The notes under the pieces are model-generated. The model saw only the letters and a program-made list of their open reading frames with translations. It was not told where the DNA came from and did not search any database. A DNA stretch of 64,000 nt from NCBI RefSeq assembly GCF_009914755.1, contig NC_060943.1; one strand, written 5' to 3'. Below are positions 1 through 31,611 of this stretch, in pieces. How positions within the stretch are numbered: the first letter of the stretch is position 1; each line of letters starts with the position of its first letter. The stretch is from the human T2T-CHM13v2.0 reference genome, Homo sapiens. Made by a program: the position numbers and the translations under genes.

Positions 1-23
1 GGGCGCCAGAGGGAGACCCTGTC

Positions 24-158
24 ATGAATGAATGAATGAATGAAGGGATGAATTAATGAATGAATGAAGGAATGAATTAATGAATGAATGAAGGAATGAA
101 TTAATGAATGAATGAACGGATGAATGAATGAATGAATGGATGGATGAATGAATGAATG
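24..158 (+). repeat. (TGAA)n tetranucleotide microsatellite with 24-bp higher-order periodicity
   Basis: TGAA units with recurring GGAA/TTAA variants. Confidence 0.9.
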
Positions 159-430
159 CTGACATCCCAGAAACCTTTAGAATCCCGGACCCTAGCATCT
201 AGCTTGGGTTGTAATCCCCGACCTGAACCATCAGGGGCACCGTGATGTTGGGGCCCATGCCCTGCCCCCGGGGGGTGGCACGGCCACCACCAGGACCCCA
301 CCCCGGGATCCCCATCCGCTGCCCCCTCCTGTTCCTGCCTCTCCTTGGGGTCCCGGGTCAGGCCCGGCAGTAGGAGGTGCTGAGGCCACAGGCACTCCCT
401 GAGGCGCTCAGCGAGCCCCACCCTGTGCAG

Positions 431-609
431 GCTCGGCATGGCTGCCCGGGGCCACAGCTGGCCCTGCCTGCAGCAGACGCCAACGTCCACCAGCTGCACC
501 ATCACGGATGTCCAGCTGTTCTCCATGGCTCCCTACGTGCTCAATGTCACCGCCGTCCACCCCTGGGGCTCCAGCAGCAGCTTCGTGCCTTTCATAACAG
601 AGCACATCA
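431..609 (+). CDS. EBI3: EBI3 exon 3 (fibronectin type III domain 1; gene begins upstream of window)
   Basis: cag|GCTC acceptor and ATCA|gtgagt donor; encodes LGMAARGHSWPCLQQTPTSTSCTITDVQLFSMAPYVLNVTAVHPWGSSSSFVPFITEHI, recognised as human EBI3. Confidence 0.97.
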
Positions 610-819
610 GTGAGTGGGGGCGGCAGTGGGGGCGGGGGCGGGGCTGCCGTCTCCTTCCAGCTCCCCCCACCCCACCTCCCACCTGTCCTCCAGTCCTGCG
701 GCTGCACCTTCACACTTAAGCAAAAATCTGACCCCTTCTTCCCCCTCCTCTACCAGTACGTGGAGCACCCCCATCATTGACAGCCCAGTCCCCTCCATCC
801 TGAGCCCTGGCCTCCACAG

Positions 820-1925
<1,106 letters not shown>

Positions 1926-1968
1926 TGGACTTACTGTCCCCTGACCCTGCTTCCTGCTTGTCCGTCAG

Positions 1969-2126
1969 TCAAGCCCGACCCTCCAGAAGGCGTGCGCCTA
2001 AGCCCCCTCGCTGAGCGCCAGCTACAGGTGCAGTGGGAGCCTCCCGGGTCCTGGCCCTTCCCAGAGATCTTCTCACTGAAGTACTGGATCCGTTACAAGC
2101 GTCAGGGAGCTGCGCGCTTCCACCGG
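1969..2126 (+). CDS. EBI3: EBI3 exon 4 (FN3 domain 2)
   Basis: tcag|TCAAG acceptor, CGG|gtgagg donor; (I)KPDPPEGVRLSPLAERQLQVQWEPPGSWPFPEIFSLKYWIRYKRQGAARFHR; phase consistent with exon 3. Confidence 0.97.
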
Positions 2127-2329
2127 GTGAGGAGGATGAGGGGGAGGCTGGAAAGGGTGGTGCCTGGCAGAGGGAATGGTTTTTACCAAGACTAGCAGGT
2201 GTGCTGGGCTCTTGCACATAGCTTGCGATTCCGGGTGCATTGAATAAGAGCAGTCCAGCAATCTGATTCCTAGGCCTCTACCGAAAAGGATGGAAAGCAG
2301 GGACTTGCACAAGCTGTCGCACACCCGTT

Positions 2330-3892
<1,563 letters not shown>

Positions 3893-4238
3893 CTATCCCA
3901 GAGGTCCTGGTTTAGTCCCAGGGAGGAGAAAGAAGAGGATTATAGGGATCAGGGATGTCCTGATGAACAAAGACCCTCCTGGGTGAGACATCCACAGGGG
4001 CTAGTGTGGTCCAGGAAGGATTCGTAAGAGAGGTGGCTCTGGGGGCCACACAGACAGAGGCCGGGATTGGGAGGAGCCCATGATGCTATTTGGGGTGGGG
4101 CCGCACAGCTGGGGCCAGAGTCCTGGACTGGAGCCTGCAGGGGGCAGGGAGGACTGCACGCTCCGTTGTGTGGTTCTGTGCACAGTGGCCCCTCTCCATC
4201 TTCTGGTTCTAGTGACCTGACGCTCTCTCTTCTCTCAG

Positions 4239-4391
4239 GTGGGGCCCATTGAAGCCACGTCCTTCATCCTCAGGGCTGTGCGGCCCCGAGCCAGGTACTA
4301 CGTCCAAGTGGCGGCTCAGGACCTCACAGACTACGGGGAACTGAGTGACTGGAGTCTCCCCGCCACTGCCACAATGAGCCTGGGCAAGTAG
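4239..4391 (+). CDS. EBI3: EBI3 exon 5, coding part to TAG stop
   Basis: polypyrimidine tract + cag|GTG; VGPIEATSFILRAVRPRARYYVQVAAQDLTDYGELSDWSLPATATMSLGK*; LSDWS variant of the cytokine-receptor WSXWS motif at 4341-4355. Confidence 0.97.
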   Translation: MGPIEATSFILRAVRPRARYYVQVAAQDLTDYGELSDWSLPATATMSLGK

Positions 4392-4688
4392 CAAGGGCTT
4401 CCCGCTGCCTCCAGACAGCACCTGGGTCCTCGCCACCCTAAGCCCCGGGACACCTGTTGGAGGGCGGATGGGATCTGCCTAGCCTGGGCTGGAGTCCTTG
4501 CTTTGCTGCTGCTGAGCTGCCGGGCAACCTCAGATGACCGACTTTTCCCTTTGAGCCTCAGTTTCTCTAGCTGAGAAATGGAGATGTACTACTCTCTCCT
4601 TTACCTTTACCTTTACCACAGTGCAGGGCTGACTGAACTGTCACTGTGAGATATTTTTTATTGTTTAATTAGAAAAGAATTGTTGTTG

Positions 4689-9163
<4,475 letters not shown>

Positions 9164-9241
9164 CTATATAGTTCAGAGATCTGAATTGGGTTTTCTTTGC
9201 AATTCTGGAATCAGGCAACACCTCATTTCATCAAATCGAAT

Positions 9242-9677
9242 TAGCTACTAAAACACCAGGTGTTTGGTCTAGGTCTTGCTGCCCTCTGCGCAGAAAGCCA
9301 ATCACCGAGGCAACAAGGATTGCCAGGGAGGAATGCTTTATCCTGCCGCTGCAGTCAATGAGAAGGGGTGGTAAAGTCTCATATGTCTCCCTGACCAACT
9401 AAAATTGGGGAGTTTATATAGCTGGGGAATGGGAGAAAACAAATTCAGGGAGGGTGTTAAGGAAGTAATCTTGATGGATGATGGGGTCTGGCCTCTCATT
9501 GTCTGGATGTGATGATCTGATGAGTTTCAGTTCCTTGCCTGATGGTCAGTTTCCTGAGGAAGGAACTGAGATGAGACAAATGTAAGTTTCAAGTTTTAAG
9601 ACTAGGGAGGATCCATTTCTGTGTTTATTCAAATAATCATAAGTATTCGTTTTATGGAACAATTGGACCAGTTTCAG
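9242..9677 (-). mobile_element. ERV1-class solo LTR (LTR26-like) nested in another LTR
   Basis: reverse complement begins TGAAACTGGTCCAATTGTTCCATAAAAC, resembling LTR26 from memory; GAAT on both flanks is a plausible 4-bp TSD. Confidence 0.55.
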
Positions 9678-9679
9678 AA

Positions 9680-13170
<3,491 letters not shown>

Positions 13171-13511
13171 GGCCAGGTGCAGTGGCTCATGCCTGTAATC
13201 CCAGCACTTTGGGAGGCAGAGGCGAGCAGATCACCTGAGGTCAGGAGTTCGAGACCTGCCTGGCCAAAATGGTGAAACCCCATCTCTACTAAAACTACAA
13301 AAATTAGGCAGGTGTGGTGGTGCGTGCCTGTAATCCCAGCTACTCGGGAGGTTGAGACAGGAGAATCACTTGAATCCTGAGGTGGAGGTTGCAGTGAGCC
13401 AAGATCGCACCACTGGAGGCAGAGGTTGCAGTGAGCCAAGATCGCACCACTGCCCGTCAGCCTGGGCAACAGAGCAAGACTCCTCAAAAGATAAATAAAT
13501 AAACAAACAAT

Positions 13512-13788
13512 TGCCACAGCAACATCAAGAAGTTACCCTATATGGTCTAAAAAAGGGAGGTATGAATAATCCACCCCTTGTTTAGCATATCATCAATAAA
13601 TCACCATAAACATGGGCAACCACCAGCCCTTGGGGCTGCTTTGTCTGTGAAGTAGCCATTCTTTTATTCATCTACTTTCTAAATAAACTTGTTTTTGCTT
13701 TGCACTGTGGACTCGCCCTGAATTCCTTCTTGCACGAGATCCAAGAACCCTCTCCTGGGGTCTGGATCCGGACCCCTTTCCTGGAACA
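13512..13788 (+). mobile_element. MER41-like LTR, 3' half
   Basis: matches remembered MER41 3' end: ...agtagccattcttttattc...aataaacttg...gagatccaagaaccctctc.tggggtctggatc.ggacccctttcc...aaca. Confidence 0.75.
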
Positions 13789-14159
13789 ATCTGACACAGA
13801 GGAAACGTCCATGAAAGGTGGGGAGGAGGCTGGGGAAGGAGGCTGGGGAAGGAATGGGATGGGAAGTCCTCGTTAAGGGGAAGGCACAGGTGGGCAATGG
13901 AGGGACATTTGGGAGACACTGCGTATGTTTAGGAAGTTGGTTTGGAGCCTGATCTTTAAGTCAATGTCTGTGACTCAAGAGTCGTCCAGGGTCCTCTTAA
14001 GTCACCCTATGTGTGGCCCCAACCCCATGTGAGAGTTGCGGGCCCAGGAACGATGTGTGGATTCCCAGAGCCCAGAATACAAGGCAGGCGCATAATACAT
14101 ATTTGCTGAATAAAAGAATGAAGAACAAGAGGTCACGTTACAAAATTTTAACGAGCCGC

Positions 14160-14860
14160 TGCCCGCTTCTAGGGGGCGCAGCGCACTATACAAAATTCTC
14201 CAATTCCACATGGCTCCCGGAATCCTTATTTCGCGCTACTCAGGTTGCAACTCCGGAGGGAAGACGCTGGGACTTCCAGCTTGATAGGCGGGGATTGGAA
14301 CCAATGAAAGAGGTCTGCTGTGTATGCTGCAGCCAATAATAGCGGCCGAAGGAAGTGACGTTTGCGGAAGTAAGGCTTCCGTCGGAAAAGCTCGATAATT
14401 ACCCAGCCTAACCATTTCTCAGGTGCTTGCGAGGTGATCAGAAGGCAAAGATGTCGGAGCGAAAAGTATTAAACGTAAGTGTTGGGCGACTGGGGCTTTT
14501 CAATCGGAGCAGGACATCCCGGAACTCCGGGAGAGGGAGGAGCTTCCTGAGATCTCTTCTTTGGAACCCTTCTTTCCCAGCGGCCTTCCGCGAGATGGGG
14601 CTTCCCAGACTCCTCCCTAGACTCCTCCCCATCGCCTTCCGTCGGGGGGGTGGGCCTTCGCTAAGTCTCCCTTCTGGGCTGGGGTGTAGTTAGTCACCTG
14701 CGGGGCGTGGCTTGGGCTTTTACCCAATCACCACCAGATAGGGTTTTTTTTTCTGGGGGCGGGGCTTCCTTAAATGCTGGCGGCCGTGTTTTGCCCTCTT
14801 CTTGAGGGGCGTGGCTCTGAGAAGCCCCGCCCCACTTGGGGACTGTAACCAATCGTGTAC
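14160..14860 (+). promoter_or_regulatory. YJU2: YJU2 CpG-rich, TATA-less promoter and intron-1 GC-box/CCAAT cluster
   Basis: CpG enrichment; ATTGG-AA-CCAAT inverted pair 14294-14305, CCAAT 14333; ETS motifs GGAAGTGACG 14351, CGGAAGT 14365, CTTCCG 14376; GC boxes and CCAAT at ~14702-14853. Confidence 0.85.
14451..14474 (+). CDS. YJU2: YJU2 (CCDC94) exon 1 coding part
   Basis: aagATGTCG start; MSERKVLN; AAC|gtaagt consensus donor. Confidence 0.96.
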
Positions 14861-14885
14861 TTTGGGTGGGGTGGGGTGGGGTGGC

Positions 14886-14888
<3 letters not shown>

Positions 14889-14970
<82 letters not shown>
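14889..14970 (+). repeat. Perfect (TG)41 microsatellite in YJU2 intron 1
   Basis: 82 uninterrupted alternating bases, preceded by gcgcg. Confidence 0.97.
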
Positions 14971-14974
<4 letters not shown>

Positions 14975-14979
14975 GTTTT

Positions 14980-15481
<502 letters not shown>

Positions 15482-15797
15482 TAGGAACTCCTGGGAAACA
15501 GGAGCCCTGGGATACAAAGGGAGTGTGAGTATGGATTATGACAGATACCTCCACTGCACCACTGGAAAATAAAGCACTTTGTGTTTGGAGCACCTACTGG
15601 GTGCCAGACACTGCAAAGAGCACTTTATCCCCCTTGCCTCAAGGAATGCGTGCAAAGACTCTTGGAGACAGAGGACAGTGTGCGCATTTCACAGAGGAGT
15701 AAACTGAGCCCTGCAGGTTTCAGCTCCTCAGGATTCAGATCCAGGGAGATGACTCTGTAGGAAACGGATGTAGTATCGTGATTGGGAGGCTGAGCTA

Positions 15798-16248
<451 letters not shown>

Positions 16249-16500
16249 TCATGTGTATTGTCATGACTGGTATTTAGGAGAATTAAATGCGTCCTGTATA
16301 ACTCCACTAGGAGAGAGTCAGGAAGCTTGTGCCTGGCCTCCCTCTGACTGTACTGAGTCCTGCGAGTCCTCCCTGCCTGTCGCGGAACCTGGGGTGGGCT
16401 TGGGGACCCCCGACACAGCTCCCCAGAGCCCCTTCCCTCTGCCATGTCCTGCCCCTGCTTCTGAAAATAACTCCCCCAACGTTTCCTTCCTCCCCTGCAG

Positions 16501-16601
16501 AAATACTACCCGCCGGACTTTGACCCATCAAAGATCCCCAAACTCAAGCTCCCCAAAGACCGGCAGTACGTGGTGCGGCTGATGGCCCCCTTCAACATGA
16601 G
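16501..16601 (+). CDS. YJU2: YJU2 exon 2
   Basis: tcccctgcag| acceptor, AG|gtgagc donor; [33 protein letters not shown](R), conserved Yju2/CWC16 N-terminus. Confidence 0.97.
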
Positions 16602-16787
16602 GTGAGCACCCCCTGCGTGACCCCACACACCAGTCATGGCTGAAGGACGCAGTGCCTGGCATCCACAGAGGTGACTCGTCCGGTGTTAAGACCAGATCAC
16701 TGGTCTTAGACATTGTCCTGGCTCAGACATTGACCATTCCAACCCTCCTTCGCCTCACCACTTGGGATTAAGCTTTGGATCTTTTAG

Positions 16788-17475
<688 letters not shown>

Positions 17476-18299
17476 TAACGAGGAAAGAGACATCTGGGTC
17501 AGTGAAATTCGGTTCATGCCCATGTGTTGTTGGCCTGTCTACTCCTCCCCCTCATTCATTCATTTATTCATTCAACACTCATTTATTGGGCACCTGCTGT
17601 GTGCCAGGGTCTGTGCCGAGCGCCAGGAACAAAGTCCCTGGCCTCATGGAGCCCACAGTCTAATGGGAAGTGGAGAATAGTGGTAGTCAGGCAGGTGCAC
17701 GGGCCCCCGAAGTCAGGCAGGAGAGAGCCCCTGGGGCAGTGGCGCAGGAGGGAGGGCTATAGGTAGCTGGGGTACGGTGACATCAGGCAAAATACTGGTG
17801 GCGCTGAGGTCTGAGGATGAAGGGTGTCGCCGGCCATGAGACTGTAGGAGCAGAGGCCTTGAGCTGGGACTGAGCTGGGGGTGTTTGCAGGATCAGACAG
17901 GAGGCGGGCGTGCTGGGCTGGGGAGCAGAGCCCGGAGTAGGAGGGGAAGAGGGGGGTGGGGCAGCATTTTTCTGTGTGGCATCTTTCCTCCTGGAGGGTG
18001 GGGTGCCCCGTAAGCACAAAGATTGCTTCTGGGAGTGCATGACAGGCAGGCCTCACCTACTCAGGGGGCTTCCCAAGCAGGCGACCCTTGGACTGAGCCC
18101 CAGGAAGATATGAATGAGAACACGAAGTTCTCAGGTAGAGGAAATTTGGACACAGGGTGGGGCAGCCTGCCTCTTGAAGGAGGGAGCTCCCCGTTGCTGG
18201 AGGCAAGCAAGCAGTGATCTTGCAGGATGCCGCAGGGACAGCCTGCCAGTGGGAGCCAGCGTCCCAAGACAGCTCACATCCCTACATGCTGCCCCGCAG

Positions 18300-18444
18300 G
18301 TGTAAGACGTGCGGAGAATACATCTACAAGGGGAAGAAATTCAATGCTCGGAAGGAGACGGTGCAGAACGAGGTCTACCTGGGCCTGCCCATCTTCCGCT
18401 TTTACATCAAGTGCACGCGCTGCCTGGCAGAGATCACCTTCAAG
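18300..18444 (+). CDS. YJU2: YJU2 exon 3 (CxxC...CxxC zinc-binding region)
   Basis: cag|G acceptor, AAG|gtaggt donor; [48 protein letters not shown]. Confidence 0.97.
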
Positions 18445-18679
18445 GTAGGTGAGACGGCCGGCCAGGCCGGTCCCTCTCCCCCAGCACACCTCAGATCAGG
18501 GCGGGCCCTGGGGTTCCTTAACTCCAATCCTCTCCATCCAGGGAATCTCATTTCAGTTTATCCCCAAGAAACAGACAACAGTTTGGGGGAGATGTTCATG
18601 GCAGCATTCTAAATAAAGGCAAAAAGACAGAAGCAACCTAGATAGATAATAATAAGGGATGAGAAGAACAAATTAGCAT

Positions 18680-23530
<4,851 letters not shown>

Positions 23531-23799
23531 GATTTTTAAATGACTGTGTTCCCTGCTGTCCCCTCCTGCTTCCATATTTCCCATCCATTCTTATCTATTC
23601 CTGGACCCACCCACCCCTGCCAAATGTGAGTTTTCTGAGCAAGCCACATCAGACCAGATACAACATTTTCCATGGCCATGCAGAGCAACAGGGAGGGAAA
23701 TGAGCCTTGGCAAGGGTTTGGTGTGTGCCTGGGCCTGTCGCACTGCTGTCTGTGTGTGAATTTAGTTACCTCCACACTGACAGCAAGGGGCTCTTACCC

Positions 23800-24310
23800 T
23801 GGTGTTAGTCAGCTATTGCTACATAACAGGTTATCCCAAAACTTAGTGACTGAAAACAACAAACATTTATTATCCCACAGTTTTTGAGAGTCAGGCATCC
23901 AGAAGCAGCTGAGCTGGATGGTTGTGGCTTGGGGGCTCCCATGAGGTTGCAGTCAAGGTGTTGGCCAGGGCAGTATCATCTGAAGGCTGGACTGGGGCTG
24001 GAGGAGCCACTCGCAAACTGGCTCCCTCTACTGGCTGTTGGCTGTCAGCCTCAGTTCCTCGCTGTGTGGGGAGCTGCTTGAGCAACCTCACAACATGGCA
24101 GCTGCGTACCCCAGAGCATGTGACCCAAGAGTGAGAGCAAGGAGGAAGGCCTGTGCTTTTACATCCTAGTCTCAGAAGTTACGTGCCATTATTTCTGTCA
24201 TATTCCATTAGAGCAAGTAGCTTGTCCAGCCCCTGCTCAAGGGGAGGGGAGTCACCTCCACCCCTTAAATGGAGGAGCATCAGAGAGTTTGTGGACATAC
24301 TTTTAAACTG
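23800..24310 (-). mobile_element. MLT1-family (MaLR) LTR
   Basis: gtgttagtcagctattgct.cataaca...cccaaaacttagtg.ct.aaaacaacaaacatttattat, a typical MLT1 end in reverse. Confidence 0.7.
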
Positions 24311-24484
24311 TCAGAATTGCCATTTTTCCAAAGGGTAAATACAACAAGGTCACAGCACTGGGAAGCAGCCAGGCAGGATTCACTCCCAACCTGCCTGGCT
24401 CCAAAGCCACTTCTCAGGGACCCGTGGCCACCAGACTCGCCTCCCTCAGCCTCAGTTTCCGTTTCTGTAAAATGGGGGTTGTGA

Positions 24485-25352
<868 letters not shown>

Positions 25353-25516
25353 TGAAATGGACACAGCGCTGGGCATGGGCAGGGGGTTCCCTGAGCAGGA
25401 TGGAAACGTGGGGGTAGGGGTTCCTCCCGTGGCCCGCAGTGGCCCCCGAGGCCAGACAGGGTTTGCCCCGTGGTGCGATCCCCATGCACTCAGCCCCGCC
25501 GCCCCGCGCCCGCCAG

Positions 25517-25698
25517 GTGCTGGAGAACCGGACCAAGGACTCCAAGCTGGAGATGGAGGTGCTGGAGAACCTCCAGGAGCTGAAAGACCTGAACCAGCGG
25601 CAGGCGCACGTGGACTTCGAGGCTATGCTGAGGCAGCACCGCCTGTCGGAGGAGGAGCGGCGGAGGCAGCAGCAGGAGGAGGACGAGCAGGAGACCGC
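25517..25698 (+). CDS. YJU2: YJU2 exon 5 (coiled coil)
   Basis: cgccag|GTG, GC|gtgagt; [60 protein letters not shown]. Confidence 0.96.
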
Positions 25699-26344
25699 GT
25701 GAGTCAGGGCCGGCCCAACCCAGCCCCACCTCGCAGCCTCTGCCCCGGCAGGCGCTGCCTCTGCCCCAGACCCTTTCCCCGCTCTCTGGAGTGTCGCCTT
25801 TGCAAGGACCCCTTTCCCACCGCCCATCTCACTTTCTCCCTTGTGGCGTCTCTCGAGGGGGTCCCAGGCCACTGCCGGGCACGGTGACTTAGCACGTGGT
25901 CGCCCGCATGGCTGCGGTTTGTCACAGCGAGAGGACACAGCAGATTCAGCAAAGGGGAAAGGCATGTGTGGTGTGTCGGGGGCCAGGCCTTCCAGATCCT
26001 CTCCTGGTGGAGCTTCGCAGGACGCGCCTCATCCCCTAGCACCAGCCTGGAGGACTCGAGAAAGGCGCCATCACTAGGGAAGCTCCTAGAGACCCAGCGT
26101 GGGGTTCCTATGGGGCCTGGTCCCACAGCCCCCGCTGCCTCACCCATGCCGGGATTCCAGACTCCAGAGGAAAGCAGGGGTCACGCATAAACCATGGTGT
26201 TTGCAGGAACAGCTGAAGCCCCAGAGCCCGTCCCATCCATGAGGGTGGGAGGCCCCCAGCACAGGCTCCCGGACACCCACCAAGGGACGCCCTCACCAGC
26301 CGCCTTCTGAGGACACAGCCTCAGGCCTCCTGGGTGAACACTTT

Positions 26345-26375
<31 letters not shown>

Positions 26376-26637
26376 GAGACGGAGTCTCCCTCTGCTGCCC
26401 AGGCTGGAGGGCAGTGGCGCCATCTCGCTCACTGCAAGCTCCGCCTCCCGGGTTCATGCCATTCTGCCTCAGCCTCCCGAGTAGCTGGGATTAGAGGCAT
26501 CCGCCACCAAGCCCGGCTAATTTTTTGTAATTTTTAGTAGAGATGGGGTTTCACCGTGTTAGCCAGGATGGTCTCGATCTCCTGACCTCGTGATCCGCCC
26601 GCCTCGGCCTCCCAAAGTGCTGGGATTGCAGGCGTGA

Positions 26638-26913
<276 letters not shown>

Positions 26914-27479
26914 TGAAGTGCTGGATGACACGTGTGAGCCCCTGTGGTTGGCTGGTGAATGCCTTTGACGCCGACCACCTCTGAGCCCGCGTGCTGATCC
27001 CCTCCTTTCCTGGTGCCTCATCTCCCCTCCCTCCTTTAGAATCTGAGCTGTAAGGACAGGGACGTGGTGGCCTCTCCTGTGTCCCCAGGGCTTCCAGCAG
27101 GTAGGTTCTGGTAGGTTCCACGTCAGTGCCTGATGGGTGTGCAGAGCAGCGATACCGTGCAGAACAGTGTTGGGAGCCTGCGTTCATCCTGCACCTTCCG
27201 GGTGCCGGGCGTGGCTGTAACCTCACTACCCACACAGCCCTGGGGGTCAGTGTGATCTTCATCATGGAGGGGACTGAGGTCCAGGGAGGTCCAGGCATGA
27301 GCCCCACCAAGGTTACCCTCCAGGCTCCATCCAGACAGGCTGGTTCCGGCATCCAGGCACTTAACCACACCACTGCCCTCGGTGGACACGGAAAAGTTAA
27401 TGTAAAAAAGTAGAAGGGGCCGGGCGCAGGGTCTCCTGCCTGCCATCCTGCACTGTGGGAGGCTGAGGCGGGCGGATCA

Positions 27480-28319
<840 letters not shown>

Positions 28320-28323
28320 TGTA

Positions 28324-28562
28324 GGCCCCTGATTTTTAAAATCCTTTTTGCAGAGATGCGGTCTTGCTGTGTTGCCCAGGCTGGTCTCATGCTCCTGGCC
28401 TTAAGCATTTCTCCTGCCTTGGCCTCTAAAGGCACAGGGATTACAGACATCAGCCACCATGTCTGGCCCCAAGACATTTTTCTAAAAGACATTTTCTTTG
28501 AAGCTATATCCCCTGATTAGAGTTCTCACACTGTGGTTCTCACATAAACCACTCCCAGAATT
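28324..28562 (+). repeat. Direct local duplicate of 32058-32286
   Basis: shared Alu-arm fragment plus unique tail (aagacatttttctaaaagacattttctttgaagct...cccagaatt); one 10-bp indel. Confidence 0.93.
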
Positions 28563-28563
28563 A

Positions 28564-28956
<393 letters not shown>

Positions 28957-28959
28957 TTA

Positions 28960-29151
<192 letters not shown>

Positions 29152-29268
29152 TCACTGAGGGCAGGAAGAGGTCTCCAGGCACCCAGGCCCCTCGCCACCC
29201 CAGCAGGTACATCCCAGGCACTGTTCCCCAAACAGAGCACGTCCAAGTTCCCATCTTCCATCCCACAG

Positions 29269-29389
29269 GGCCCTGTTGGAGGAAGCCAGAAAGCGAAGAC
29301 TGCTGGAGGACTCCGACTCAGAGGATGAGGCTGCTCCCTCGCCCCTGCAGCCAGCCCTTCGGCCCAACCCCACCGCCATCCTGGATGAG
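29269..29389 (+). CDS. YJU2: YJU2 exon 6 (121 nt)
   Basis: tcccacag|G, GAG|gtaagt; (A)[40 protein letters not shown]; keeps frame between exons 5 and 7. Confidence 0.95.
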
Positions 29390-29432
29390 GTAAGTGGGGT
29401 GCCTGAGTCCTGGGGGCTCCCAGGTGAACTAG

Positions 29433-29753
<321 letters not shown>

Positions 29754-30180
29754 TGAGCCACCATGCCCGACCAGAACTTGACTTTTTCTTAAAAGGCCAG
29801 TCTGCACCCTAACTCCTCCACCCTGTGGCTGTAGCCCAAAACACCCATGATCAGGTGTAAATAAGTGGGTGTTGCCTGGTGCCAATAAATCTTTATTTAT
29901 AGGCGGGGTGCAGTGGCTCATGCCTGTAATCCCAGCATTTTGGGAGGCCAAGGCAGGAGGATCGCTTGAGGCCGGGAGTTTGAGACCAGCCTGGGCAACA
30001 AAGTGAGACCCCTTCTTTACAAAATTACAAAAATTAGTCATGGGTGGTGGTGCATGTCTGTGGTCCCAGCTGTTTGAGAGACTGAGGCAGGAGGACCGCT
30101 TGAGCCCAGAAGGTCAAGGCTGCAGTGAGCTGCATCAGTATGACCGAACTCCAGCCTGAGCAAGAGTGAGACCCTGTCTA

Positions 30181-30423
<243 letters not shown>

Positions 30424-30819
30424 TTAAGCTGCCGAAAGAAGAGAATGTAAAGAAAGAACATAGAAATTTATTTCTCAGTCATAACAGCCCTGGGCTGACA
30501 GTCTAGGACTTCGGGCAGCTCTGCTCCTTGGAACCATTCAGGGACTCAGCCTCCTTCCTTCTGGAGCACGGCTTCCTGCGCTGTGGCCACAGCTGGCTCA
30601 GAGCACCTTCAGGGTCCGGCTGTGGGAAGGCAAAAAGTGTGTGGAGGACCACGCAGCCTCAGATGCGGCCCACCTCAGTTCTTCTCTCATGCCAGAGGCC
30701 ACAGCATAGTCACAAGGCCCCATCTGGTGGCGAAGGAAACTGTGAGATGCATCCTCCAGCTGGTCCGTGCCTGGCTGTGCTGCCAACTAGAACGAAGGGA
30801 GGCCGGGCACCGTGGCTCA

Positions 30820-31082
<263 letters not shown>

Positions 31083-31374
31083 TCAAAAAAAAAAAAAAAA
31101 AAAAGGAGGAAGGAGTTTTGGTGGATGACCAGCATTTTCCACCACAGCTGACTCATCCAAGGTGGCCTCAGCCACTCTGGTTTGTTCATTGAAGAAGGTG
31201 GTAAAAGTAGGGGCTCATAAACCAATAACACAGACACACAGAAACGATTGTTCTCGGCCGGGCGCGGTGGCTCACACCTGTAATCCCAGCACTTTGGGAG
31301 GCCAAGGCGGGTGGATCACGAGGTCAGGAGATCGAGATCATCCTATCTAACACGGTGAAACCCCATCTCTGCTA

Positions 31375-31611
<237 letters not shown>

